From Balanoglossus misakiensis (taxonomy: Eukaryota; Animalia; Hemichordata), in contig CM082577.2 in NCBI GenBank assembly GCA_040954595.2, forward strand, positions 16,313,903 through 16,377,902: a stretch of DNA of 64,000 nucleotides, given 5' to 3'. The notes under the pieces were generated by a model. The model was not told the origin of the DNA and made no database searches. It saw nothing but the letters and a program-made list of their open reading frames with translations. This document shows positions 38,213-49,534 of the stretch, one piece after another (position 1 is the stretch's first letter; each line of letters begins with the position of its first letter). Both the position numbers and the translations under genes were made by a program.

Positions 38213-39484
38213 TGCCGATGACTGCCCTTAGATCCACGAAAGACTGCCTGATCGAGATATGCCCTGGAGACAGCAGGAGCAAAAAAGGGAGAAAAGGCCA
38301 CAATGCGCTAATTCAAGCCAAATCCTAACAGATCAAACTTAATTTAAGCGCAATCACCCTAAAAATAATTTGACATCCATTTTGAGCTATTGGGGGCACT
38401 CCTGTGGGGGGGGGGGGGTCGCCTGATCTCAGCTTGCGTAGGTTTAAGAACATACCATTCAGTAAAAGGTGTGACACACTATATACAGACTACAAAGCTG
38501 CCAGCATTTTGCAAAGCAATACAAGTTTCGGCGTTTTTAAAAGAGTTACAAATTGATTATTTAGAGTAGCATAGGGGGACCTGTACAGCGCCACCATAGG
38601 GTATATATCTCGAATTTGAAAGGTTAAAGTTCAGCAGTGCAGCCGAGCTGATTGAACTACAGTGACAACAGTGCGCAGCAGAGAGCAAGAACAGAGATCC
38701 ACTCCAGTCATATTTTTTATAGAGTTTATAGTACAGAAGATATGAGCTATCGATCAAGATCGCGAGTTGCTAGTCGATTAACAGCTGACCAAGTTGCACA
38801 TGACATTGTGCGGTCAACTCCAATTCGTCCGTCCAGATGTCCATGCAGCAGGCAATTACTATGTTTTAAATCGTTGACAATAATCTGCACATTCATAAAT
38901 CAGTCTGTTTGAACTGTAGCAGTAACTTCGAATCCAATGGCCGAAAGTGTGTTCTGTAGGCAATAAAAGCGTACTGCCTTTGCTTTTAGACATATGATGA
39001 ACATCACTTAGTCATTTGTGTGTTTTTGAAGGGAGTTGTTTGGTTAGCGGATGCATGATGGAAAATTGCCATGATTATGTTCAACTAACAAATGTAATGA
39101 GAGTCACTCATTCTTCCATGCTACCCCAAAATACTCATTGTTCTGCAGGAAATGACACATGTGCTTGATAAACTAACTTTAACACATACACAAGGCATAA
39201 ACAAACTGCACACAATAAGCTTGCACACTTCATCACTATTGTTTGTGACATCTCTATTGTTCATGACACCTGGAGATAAGCATGTCTTTGTCATGTTTTG
39301 CATTGTAGTGAAGAGAACAATATAAAACTGGAGAATTGAAGCCTGTGTAAAGGTTGTCATTCAAGAGGCATCTTTCAGCAGGCAGGTTCACCATAATACG
39401 AAATGCCATTCAAAGAAAAATTTGACTTGATATGTTAGATTTTTAAAAAAATATTAATACAGTTCATTTTTTTTTTATTTTCAG

Positions 39485-39777
39485 ACATTAAAAAGGAGAG
39501 AAAGGGTCGTCAATGCAGATGAGAAAGAATTCTGGGCAAGGGTAAAGGCGAAACTAATGTCGGACGAGGAAGTTGGTGAATCAGAGGACATAGTTTTAGT
39601 CAAGTCGCCGGCCTGGAGAGCTGCACCCCTTAATGAACTGATCAAACACTTGACAGGAGACTAGAGGAAAAGAGAATTTTAGGCAGACTAGTCAAAAAAA
39701 GGCAACGCTCAGCAACTCCATCATCCCGGTCCCGTCCAATCAATGTTTATTCAGAAAACTATGTTGAACCTCAGTAA
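39485..39777 (+). pseudogene. C14orf93-like exon inside the CACTG element, one frameshift
   Basis: After a T-rich acceptor: ...FWARVKAKLMSDEEVGESEDIVLVKSPAWRAAPLNELIKH/DRRL, matching the MSDEE...P-x-WR-x3-L-x2-L...LD motif. Confidence 0.55.
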
Positions 39778-41310
39778 CATTTAAATTGACTAAAATTCCC
39801 TTTTCCTCTAGTCTCCTGCCGAAGCTTGAAATTGTCACCATTATTTCCAATCTCAGGATATCTTTTTATTCTTTATCTTACATTTCCTGCCATTTTTATA
39901 ATATTGCAATATGTAAAAACAGAAAAAAATTTGTGGAGTTAATCTCTTATTTAAGTTTGATTTTAACAGCTATCTTTTTTATTGTAATTTATTTATGAAT
40001 AATAATAAAAAGTGAATAATGAAAAATTTACCCTCTTCATTATGTTTTATTGTTGGCATGAATGTACTAGTAGCATGAGAGGATGTGTGGATGGGAGATG
40101 TCTTGTCTTGTGTCACAGCTTTGGTCAGTCTGTATTCCCATATGACCCATGATATATTTGAAGACGTTTATACAATACTGATAAAATTCAACCAGTTAAT
40201 TTTTCTGCCTGTAGCCTGACATCAGGATTGATTGTGCTGAAAGATTTACTGGAATGCTATCAATTACATGGGGTAATTCTGCAAATAAACAGTATGCCCT
40301 TTATGAAGAAAATCGCAGGATAAAGTTAATGAAGAAGCAAAGATCAAAAGTCATTAATTTGATGTAAAATCAGTCATGAATCAATATGGAACCCATTACC
40401 TGCAATGAAAAAATCACACGAATTCATGTCTGTATTTTTCCTAAAGCACAGATGAATACAGACAAGTCCACATCTTTATTCTTTGAAAAATACTGATGAA
40501 TTCTTGCAGTGTATTAGCTGGTATACAGAATGGTGCTTATACTTGTCTATCCATTATGAATATATCTGTATTCACGGTGAATACTTTCTATATTAACAAT
40601 GGACTAGACTGTATTCAACTAAAATACAGGCGATTGTCCATGCTTATATTGTAAGTATTATTAGGTTTTCATGCAGTGTCGGTAGAGGGCGCATTTCAGG
40701 ATGTAGTAGGTGTATCACCCCCTTAGGTAAGGAACCCTCTCTCTTTAACACATTTCCATTATTGTACCCCACGAACTGAGTAAGATTAGTAACACTATAG
40801 TACTCTCCATTTACTTGGATATATTTATCAAAACTACTCAGAAATCACATACAATATCATAATAATAATTAAAATGATAAATTATAACATAACACAAAAG
40901 CTCGACGCACTCCGCTAGTCATTTTCGGCCGAGAGGTCAAATCGGACGACGGCGGCCCCGTTTGAAACAGACAGTATTCCAGCGGCGTTTTCCCCACCAG
41001 ATCCACCAAATTCTAGTGTTTAAACCAATAAATCTATAAATTTAACTTGATTCGTCGCTAAATGACATGACTCTTATGCATTCACTCACACACATACAAG
41101 CAAAACGCCAGATCAGTTTCCATTAAAAAAACAACAACCATGAACAGTTGGTTTTATTTTCTAAAAAAAACAAACAAACAAACAAACAAACATATCACAA
41201 TTCACAAGATTATAAAACAGATAACTTTGGTCAAACTTGAACATTGAATAATGTACAACATGAACATTGGCAAAGGTACTGCATGGAGCAGTTTGAAAAC
41301 AGATTCAAAT

Positions 41311-42228
41311 TCACATATCTAACGCCAAATACCGTTTTAGAGTTAGCGGTAACGGTAGTTGACCGATCCCGTGAGGTAACCTGTCGTTCAGACCTATGGA
41401 TTGTCTTATTGTGAAGCGGCAAAGGTGCTTTAGAAGACAGGGAGAATTTGATATGTCGATGTTTTGGAGGAACCCGTCTTTCACTCCCCCAGTATTTAAA
41501 GCTTCCAACCGTTCAACGATTGAAACATCAATATTTTGCAGTGTTCTCAACAAAAGCTCGACGCACTCCGCTAGTCGTTCCGGCCGAGAGGTCAAATCGG
41601 ACGACGACGGCCCCGTTTGAAACAGACAGTATTCCAGCGGCGTTTTCCCCACCAGATCCATGGTTGCCGGGTTCGCTCCGTACTTGAGCAGGGCTCTCAG
41701 GCATTCGACGTGGGCCAACTCACAAGCGACATGGACGGCCGTTCTTGAAAATCCCAACGAACGACACCCTTTGCAGTTGATATAGCAGTCGCCATTGTAA
41801 TCATATGTCGGAGGGGCCTCCGCCCTATAATTCTCTCGGCTCTGTGCAGTATTCGCCTCACGCTGCAGTTTCTCGTCGATGGCACTCCTGCAGTGGTCGA
41901 ACTTCTTTCTCGCGTAAAAGAGAATCTTCTCCATAATCTGGTGTCTGTCCCACCTCACAGCTAGAATGAGATGCGAGCAACATCGTTTTGATACATCCAG
42001 CGCCTCTGCCAGATGATATTCCAGAAGGTATTCCACGTAGTCGATATGGTTGCACTCAACGGCCAGTGCCAGCGCATCGGCCGGCGTGAAAAACCTGGCG
42101 TCGCTCTTCTCCTCCCAGTCGAACACAACGCGTTTCCGAACTCTCTCTATCCTTTTTGGTGGCTTGTGTTTTCTGATCGCGGTGACTAGCAAGTTATAAA
42201 AAGACAATTGGTCGAATCGTGAAAGCAA
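41311..42228 (-). CDS. ANKRD9: ANKRD9-like ankyrin-repeat / SOCS-box protein, right-arm copy
   Basis: The translation is identical to 30460-31377. Confidence 0.85.
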   Translation of the reverse strand: MLSRFDQLSFYNLLVTAIRKHKPPKRIERVRKRVVFDWEEKSDARFFTPADALALAVECNHIDYVEYLLEYHLAEALDVSKRCCSHLILAVRWDRHQIMEKILFYARKKFDHCRSAIDEKLQREANTAQSRENYRAEAPPTYDYNGDCYINCKGCRSLGFSRTAVHVACELAHVECLRALLKYGANPATMDLVGKTPLEYCLFQTGPSSSDLTSRPERLAECVELLLRTLQNIDVSIVERLEALNTGGVKDGFLQNIDISNSPCLLKHLCRFTIRQSIGLNDRLPHGIGQLPLPLTLKRYLALDM

Positions 42229-42354
42229 TCCTCTGATCTCGACGATGTTCGTTAAAAATGCGCATTGACCATATCCACAATACGCCCAAGAGAACGATGG
42301 TCATGCAGGGCTAGCCTTTTATACAGTCTCAAATAGGGAAAGGGCTACCACTCA

Positions 42355-43017
42355 TCGCCTCCTCTGCCTCCTCCGCCTCCGCCTCCTCCCAACATTTAGG
42401 GTTCCTTACCTTAGGGGGTGATACACCTCCGCCTCTCATCGCCTCCTCTGCCTCCTCCCAACATTTAGGGTTGTCTACCTCATGGGTGATAGGCCTCCTT
42501 CGCCTCTCATCACCTCCTCCCAACATCACCTCCACTGCCTCCTCTGCCTCCTCCCAACATCACCTCCACTGCCTCCTCTGCCTCCTCCCAACATCACCTC
42601 CACTTCCTCCTCAGCTCCTCCTCAGCTCCTCCTCTTCCTCCTCAGCTCCTCCTCAGCTCCTCAGCTCCTCCTCTTCCTCCTCTTCCTCCTCAGCTCCTCC
42701 TCAGCTCCTCCTCAGCTCCTCCTCAGCTCCTCCTCTTCCTCCTCAGCTCCTCCTCAGCTCCTCCTCAGCTCCTCCTCTTCCTCCTCAGCTCCTCCTCTTC
42801 CTCCTCAGCTCCTCAGCTCCTCCTCTTCCTCCTCAGCTCCTCCTCAGCTCCTCAGCTCCTCCTCTTCCTCCTCAGCTCCTCCTCAACTCCTCCTCTTCCT
42901 CCTCAGCTCCTCCTCTTCCTCCTCTTCCTCCTCAGCTCCTCCTCAGCTCCTCAGCTCCTCCTCTTCCTCCTCAGCTCCTCCTCAGCTCCTCCTCAGCTCC
43001 TCCTGATCCTCCTCCCC
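42355..43017 (-). repeat. Subterminal purine-rich array, right arm (longer than the left)
   Basis: (CTCCTCAG/CTCCTCTT)n array, with one extra CCAACATCACCTCCACT unit relative to the left arm. Confidence 0.9.
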
Positions 43018-43691
43018 AAATCCGAGTGCTACGGCTCCAACCTATACTACTGTCACGTGAGCGCGTCTCAGCCAATCACGAATACGACATAATACGTAAG
43101 GTGTAATAAAATATCTTAATGTGTATCTGTACGTCATATATCTCATCAAGGTGAACGTGTGAACTATAACATCCAACACATTTTCTTAAGAATTTCATCT
43201 CGAGAGGTGATCGACATTTTTTATTCAAAGCAGGAGCCTACATACAAACAATGGAAATTGTGTTTTACAGGATAATCGTTCAGATACTGAACAATAGGAA
43301 GACGCAGTGGCGTTCAATACCTGGACACTTGCACTACAGATGTGCATTGTCCGGCTTACAGCACACCAAAATATCTGCTGTAAAGCCCGGCCAACCACGA
43401 ACAACATTCCTGCAGTCAAATTACGATTGGAACGATCAACGAGTCGATCAATGGTCGAGAGTGGCCGCGCGCAGAGCATTTGCATAGAGCTTCACCAGGT
43501 GCTTCACAAGTTCACACGTCACTTTATTCGTGTCACTGCATGCACGGTGATATTTGCATATTTCTTGTGTTAGGGGTCCGTGTGTCAGTGTAGTCCATTT
43601 CTTAAAAAGCATATACCATTTCGTTTTGCTACTTTCCCTTACTTAGAACAATCACAAATTATTGTACACAGTTACTGAGTACAAAACATGA

Positions 43692-45135
43692 CTACACTGC
43701 AAAAGTATACGTCAGATACAAAGAAATTGCGATCACACTCAGGAGGCTGGGCACCGCAGATGGTCGACTGGCATCTGACACAGACTGTAATATCTGGCAC
43801 TCACGTGACTCGGGGTCTCCAGCACACAGGATGTAACGAACGTCGCTGTGGAGACAAGTTAAAAAGATCTGAAGATTCTTTACGGCGCGGCATGGCAAAA
43901 TTCACCACACGCAAAGGCAATTCGTTTCTTTCCTGAATACCCCGGAACTTTTAGACTGAAATGTGCCCTTGACTCGCTCCACTACATGTATGTCTGTCAA
44001 ATTCAAATGTGTTTGAAGACATTTCATTTGTTTCAGATATACAGACAAACAACTTTATTTTACTCACTCGGGGTCGTCTATACATGTGTAACGTATTCCC
44101 CGTTCGTCCAGTAAATTCTGCAACCTTAATATTGATTTCTCGCCACAGCTTTCTCTATAAAAGAAACATACCAAACGTGCCATCTGCAAGATGTCTTTGA
44201 GAAAGGAGCTTGGATGGGCGGCCATCTTGGATTTTTCTGTTGCTAACGCTGCCTTTGTCCAAGAGTAACGACAGTTTGTGCACGTGACCCTGGAAAACTC
44301 AATACAAGAACAGTAACAGCCTCAAGAAAACATGCGCGAATTTGCGCATGCTCAAATAACCAGGGCGACATTATACATGTACTCACATCTTGGCACGATT
44401 GAGGGTGTGGATGACCAATATAGAGAGTGACGTCACTCTGTCTGGATCCAGCTTGGGGAGTTCGTATGCAGCGAAATAACTGTAGTACAGAAGAAGTTGA
44501 CATACACCTTAACAGTCCGTTGTTGGGGTTGCATATGAAAAATTATGGGATGTCATACACTAAATACATGTATGTGCCATCTTTACATTAAACGCTGTAA
44601 GTTCACACAATACTTGTATTGAGAGCAGGACCAAACAACTTCCGTCAACAAACACAGACACTAATTGTGTCACGTGATATAGAAGTCATAACCAATTCCA
44701 AATACTAGAACACGACCATTATTGCTGACTAGTAAATTCCTATCTAAAACTTGAATTCAACTATAACAAGAACAGTGACTGCACACTTGTAGCCTGTGTT
44801 GCTATAAATCTATAAATACTGGGCAGTTCACCTTGCCTACTTTGTATACATTAAAGACTGGTGAAAGTATGACATATACCTGTTCATTCGGAATGCGTCG
44901 TGGCCTTCTCTTGAACCGTTTAGCATAATTGTGGCGACGCCACTTGCTTGAAGGGCAAACTGTGATTTAAAATATATGTTGTTAAATTTCCATCAGGAGT
45001 AACCACTGTCAAGGTCAATACCATCACAATTGCATCATCATAAATTGTCTTTTATCATCATCATCAGCATCAGCATCACCACCACCACCAACCCCCCCCC
45101 CCACCAAACGCCACCACCACCAGTTCCACCAACAC

Positions 45136-45201
<66 letters not shown>

Positions 45202-47326
45202 AATATTTATGACATACACGTAAACGCATTATATACAAAGTAATGCAAATCATAATGATAATTACATCAGCTGAAAGACTTCCCCAGAATGCATCAGTGG
45301 CTTGTTGACAACAATTTGTTCGACATGACTCATAATTGATGCCGGGCTCTTGAACTTGGCCGCACCATATCAGACGATTCGCCACATACCCAGGTAATGT
45401 ATCTTCGAGTGTTTGGTATTGACGGTTCAACGATGAATACGCATGCGCGATGTGATTGGTTCCAGACCAAAATAGTGTCTGCAATAACAATGATAGTTTT
45501 CATTCGAAATCCTGTGAGCTCACTGGATCACATGGCAATATATGATGTGTATAAGTTTACTTTACGTTTTGACTATGGGCGTTAATTTTGTTAAATGTAC
45601 AGAATTGCCCGTTTTATATCTCGGTTGACGTCACACCTCAATGCGGGTTTAATTTTGACTACTAAAGAAATATGTTTGATTAGCAAGATGACAAAAAAAC
45701 CACATATATCAAACCAAAAGCGTCACATCCCTTGGACTTTTGTGATAAGGGGGGGGGGGCACTGTTGCGCATGCGTATACGAACCCCGTTTACTTGAACG
45801 GACTGTAAAGCTGCTTCTCTGAAAGGTTTGTAGAGTTCGCTGGTGACGTCACATGGATCACGATATACAAATCCCTGCTGAAACAGCTCCCACAACTCTG
45901 TGCAGTTACTGACATTACAGAAATAGAAAGTAAACAAAGAAACAAACATAAGCCAGATCAGACAATGAGAAAATCGTCATTTCATATAAAGTGCATTCAA
46001 ACAGATTCACAGACTGCGGTGGCGCAAAGTGATATAAGCATAGTGGCTGTGTAACCCTGCGTACAGGTCTGTGTGTTCCCGGCGTTACACGGCCTCCACC
46101 ACAGCCCTGCAAGGCGCCATAGAAAAAACTGATGCTTCTGCGGTCCGGATCCGGACCGCAGCTTTTTCGGAAATTCGAATTTATCGAGGGAAAAATCATT
46201 TCCCTGTCTACTTCTGCCTCCTAACCGACTCCAAATATGATGCGTTTAACTTGTCCTAACGTCCGAACCACTCGCGTTTGATTTATTTTTGTGTGTTTAC
46301 ATGTTGAGATCGCCATAATTAAATATAAGGCTTACAGCGAGTTTATCTCCATGGTTATGGGTAAACATAACAGTTTTTTTTCTATGGCGCCTTGCAGGGC
46401 TGTGGGTGGAGGCCGTGTAACGCCGGGAACAACACAGACCTGTACGCAGGGCTAGGTGGCTGTGCAATGGGGAAGTCAGAGTGAATCAGATTCCAAAGGT
46501 TATCCAAAGTAGGCTAGAGTGACAATGTAGTGTTTGGTCCAGTGAATGGATTTAGGTCACGCACCATACTTGTCAGTGCCAGTGAATTCTTTTAGTGCAA
46601 ACTTATGACCTGATCGTTATTAAATTGCAACCATATGGCGTATATTACTAGTACTATTCTACCCATGTGTATAGATCAACAAAACAAAACACTGTGTGGT
46701 TTGGTTGAGGTTTGATTGTAGTTTAGGTCGAACATTATTGACACGGCTGTTCATAAGAATAGGCTGGTGACTCGAAAGTGAAACTTTGCGGAACTGTGAA
46801 ATATAACCGTGTTGGAGAAAAGGCTCAAATCAAAATGGCAGAAGAGTTCAAGTCGGTTCAGATCCTCCACATTATTTGATTGATTGTTCGATCGGTTAAT
46901 TGATTGATCGATGAATCGATCGAGTGATTTGAGTGAATGAGTGAGTGGGTGCGTTAAGATCCATTGCTTTCAAAATAAAATAATCATTATATTAATTTCA
47001 ATGATATATTCTTTAAGGCTAACATTCAACAGAGTTCAGCCCGGGCTGTAACTCGCAAGGGAAAAAAGAGTTTACCTGGTATCACTGTCGGATAAGTGGT
47101 ATTCCCAGCACCGCCCCAAGAAAATTTCTTTCAGATGCGGCGTTGTTCCACTGGCTGGACAGTATTCGTCTCCGAGTCGTCTAAAGTTGCTTCTCATAGA
47201 CCGCGAGAAACGACCAGACTCATGAGACTGGTACCCTAGCAGGTGAGCCCATGAAGGGGCAAGTGAGAGGGAAAGGACGCCCAGAGTGAAAAACACGACG
47301 CTGCAGAAGTTTCCATTCGGCTTCAT
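43692..47326 (-). CDS. ADP-ribosyl cyclase / cADPR hydrolase (CD38/BST1 family) gene 1, 333 aa; exons 47326-47076, 45908-45785, 45478-45266, 44959-44880, 44479-44387, 44154-44068, 43845-43692
   Basis: Signal peptide; GTTPHLKEIFLGRC; TLFWSGT; TLEDTL; FWGSLS; MLNGS; catalytic E in YFAAYELP; ESCG..SI; C-terminal C-x8-C and a hydrophobic GPI-like tail. All introns are GT-AG and phase-consistent. Confidence 0.93.
45139..45201. repeat. (CAT)n microsatellite in a cyclase gene 1 intron
   Basis: Directly visible. Confidence 0.95.
46052..46454. mobile_element. MITE with ~80-bp TIRs and 9-10-bp TSD (AcademH-like ends TAR...CTA)
   Basis: TA(A/G)CCCTGCGTACAGGTCTGTGT... TIRs, with flanks (a/g)gtggctgtg on both sides. 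Confidence 0.8.
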
Positions 47327-47982
47327 TTCGAACAACTGCGGTGGGAATGTTCGTTGGTTTGCATGTACAATCCAGCCCAGGGGATTCTCCCACACTAATA
47401 GGAACGGGCGCGTCTACAAATTTTCATGGGTATTATTAAGAGAACCGTGTTTTAAGCAGTTAGTACAAATGGCAACACTGTCCCTTTAAGTGGCTCAGTC
47501 TTTAAGATTTGGCACAATGCACGTTTTCATCATTAGTAAGAACGTCTTTTTCGTCTTAAGAAAAGTTCAAACACAGGACAAGGCTATGTTATGAATCCTT
47601 CTTCCCCTAAACGCAAACTCTCCTCGAGTGGTATGTCCCGGATATTTATTGATAGTACAATGGCCCCACGTGCTCGACGGAGGATATTGCATGCAATAAA
47701 GCTATTAGAAACACAACAAATATGAGAGTAAAACAATAAACTCTAACATACAAATGCCCACATTTGGTTAAACGGTGCGCCTTCTAATAACGATTCCTGT
47801 GATTTCCACAGTTTCCATGGAAACTGTGGCATTGGTTTCGAGTGACCTCCCGGGGGAAGTCTGTACTGGGCTCGTCAACTCGTTATGACACCCGTGGCAT
47901 AGGTGATCGTGCGCCACCTTAAATACAAAATTTGGACATTTGACACGTATATGCAATTTATCGTCTGGTACCACTGTTACAT

Positions 47983-48074
47983 TAGCCTCGGTTACCCAGA
48001 CGCCTTTGCTCTTCCGATGCTCTCCAGCTCTGGAGAGCATCGGAAGAGCAAAGGCGTCTGGGTAACCGAGACTA
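47983..48074. mobile_element. 92-bp near-perfect hairpin MITE with 9-bp TSD CTGTTACAT (AcademH-like)
   Basis: tagcctcggttacccagacg...cgtctgggtaaccgagacta, with the TSD at 47974-47982 and 48075-48083. Confidence 0.85.
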
Positions 48075-48592
48075 CTGTTACATGACCTGGAGTGGTTAAC
48101 GAAGGGGCCTACGTCACCCATAGAGGTGATGACCTTCGCCCACGGCCCAATTCCTAGCTTTGTCTAACTCCTCTACCCGGATGCTTCTCAAGTGTCATTC
48201 ATCATGTTCATATTACGCAGAGCACTTGTCACGTGATTGCCGCGGCACATTATTGGAAAACGCGATTTCTTTGTAAGCTTAGTATTTTCGCTTTCGGGAC
48301 CGCACTATGCAGCAAATAAACAAGAATTTGTTTGGGGCGTTAAACCATTAAAAAACAGAGAACCATCGCCTTATGATGCTGACTAGTTACTTGGGATCCA
48401 GATTAGAAATTTCACAATCAGCAAGAAAACAAAAAATTAGTTAAAAAACCAACAACAACAAATGCGAGAACCAGGGATTGAAAATTGCCACATCAAACTG
48501 ACCAAAGTTCGTTCAGGCTACGGTTAGGCTAAGTACTTTGGTCACGTGGGTAACGATTCTATCCAACTCGGTCCGTTCTACAAGAAGCGACG

Positions 48593-49474
48593 ATGGCAGG
48601 TTCTAAAGTGGTGTTTTACGTCATTTGTGTGATGGTCATGGGAAGTGCTCCATCATCCCTTGCTCGTAGGGACAGTTGTGACCCTGCTGCCAGAATATTT
48701 TCTGGGCAAGCAGTCGGGGCTGCAAGGTAACTGCATGGGTGTGGTGTTATGGTTGTTAGTTGACTGCCAGCCATTGTGTTTGTCGCCCTGAACATGCCAC
48801 TAGCAAAACCAATAACACCCATAATCATCTATATACTATACGCATATATTTGAATCCACGCCTTTGAACTCGGTCCTCTCTGGCTAGAATTTCAGCAGTT
48901 CTATCGTAAACACGCTTTTATTATTTTTGTTGATTTACCACAAAAGAGGATGTGACCATAAGTTGGGAGTCTTGAAACAGCCTGACAACAAGTAGCGGAG
49001 TACAACTTATCTTCGAAATGAAAGAGGTTGGCCACATGAATCATGAAAGTTTTCAACGCTTTCCAAGATAGCTAATGCAATTAACAAAGTCAGATATTTT
49101 GTCATGTAAGAATATGTGCGATATCGCCTTTGAGTTTACGGGATAGAATTTACTTTCGGTTTGAAATTCCCCGGAACGTTAGTGCAGCTGTAACGCCACC
49201 ACGGTTGTATTCCTAGAAACGCCTCCAAATTGACGCCATATTGATTATTAAGTCATAACAGCTCTTCCCTGTCCAAAGCTGAAGTACTCATTTATTGTAC
49301 CTGCCAAGCGTCGTTTTCGATGCCTCAATATCAAATTGCGAAGTTCGAAGTCTTAAGTTTTGATTTTTAAATGTAGGAGTCCTCGCGCCAGTGATTCAGG
49401 AACTCCGGGGAACCTGCAGGAAATCTTCTTGGGGAGATGTGAAGATCATAAAACTAAATGCTCGCTCAGGTAGG

Positions 49475-49534
<60 letters not shown>

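Larger units (their letters stand above)
36485..40678. mobile_element. CMC/EnSpm (CACTG) non-autonomous transposon, 4,194 bp, nested in the right arm
   Basis: Perfect 15-bp TIR CACTGCATGAAAACC and 3-bp TSD TCG (36482-36484, 40679-40681). The empty site is visible in the left arm at 32007-32009. AATACAG-like subterminal repeats. Confidence 0.92.
29792..43051. mobile_element. Non-autonomous Polinton/Maverick-type element forming a giant palindrome (13,260 bp; ~9,063 bp without the nested insertion)
   Basis: Termini are 5'-AGTAGTATAGGTTGGAG...CTCCAACCTATACTACT-3' with a 6-bp TSD GTCACG at 29786-29791 and 43052-43057. Left arm 29792-33726 is the reverse complement of 34757-36484 plus 40682-43051, around a 33727-34756 spacer. 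No PolB, integrase, ATPase or capsid ORF is seen. Confidence 0.88.

Noticed and set aside
29792-43051. Ordinary inverted segmental duplication or assembly fold-back
   Set aside because: Symmetry stops exactly at AGTAGT/ACTACT with a 6-bp direct repeat outside. The arms differ by SNPs, repeat lengths and a TSD-flanked insertion. Long-read confirmation is still needed.
45038-45265. Poly-Asp tail here and poly-His ORF at 49396-49587
   Set aside because: Both are intronic (CAT/GAT)n microsatellites beyond splice donors.
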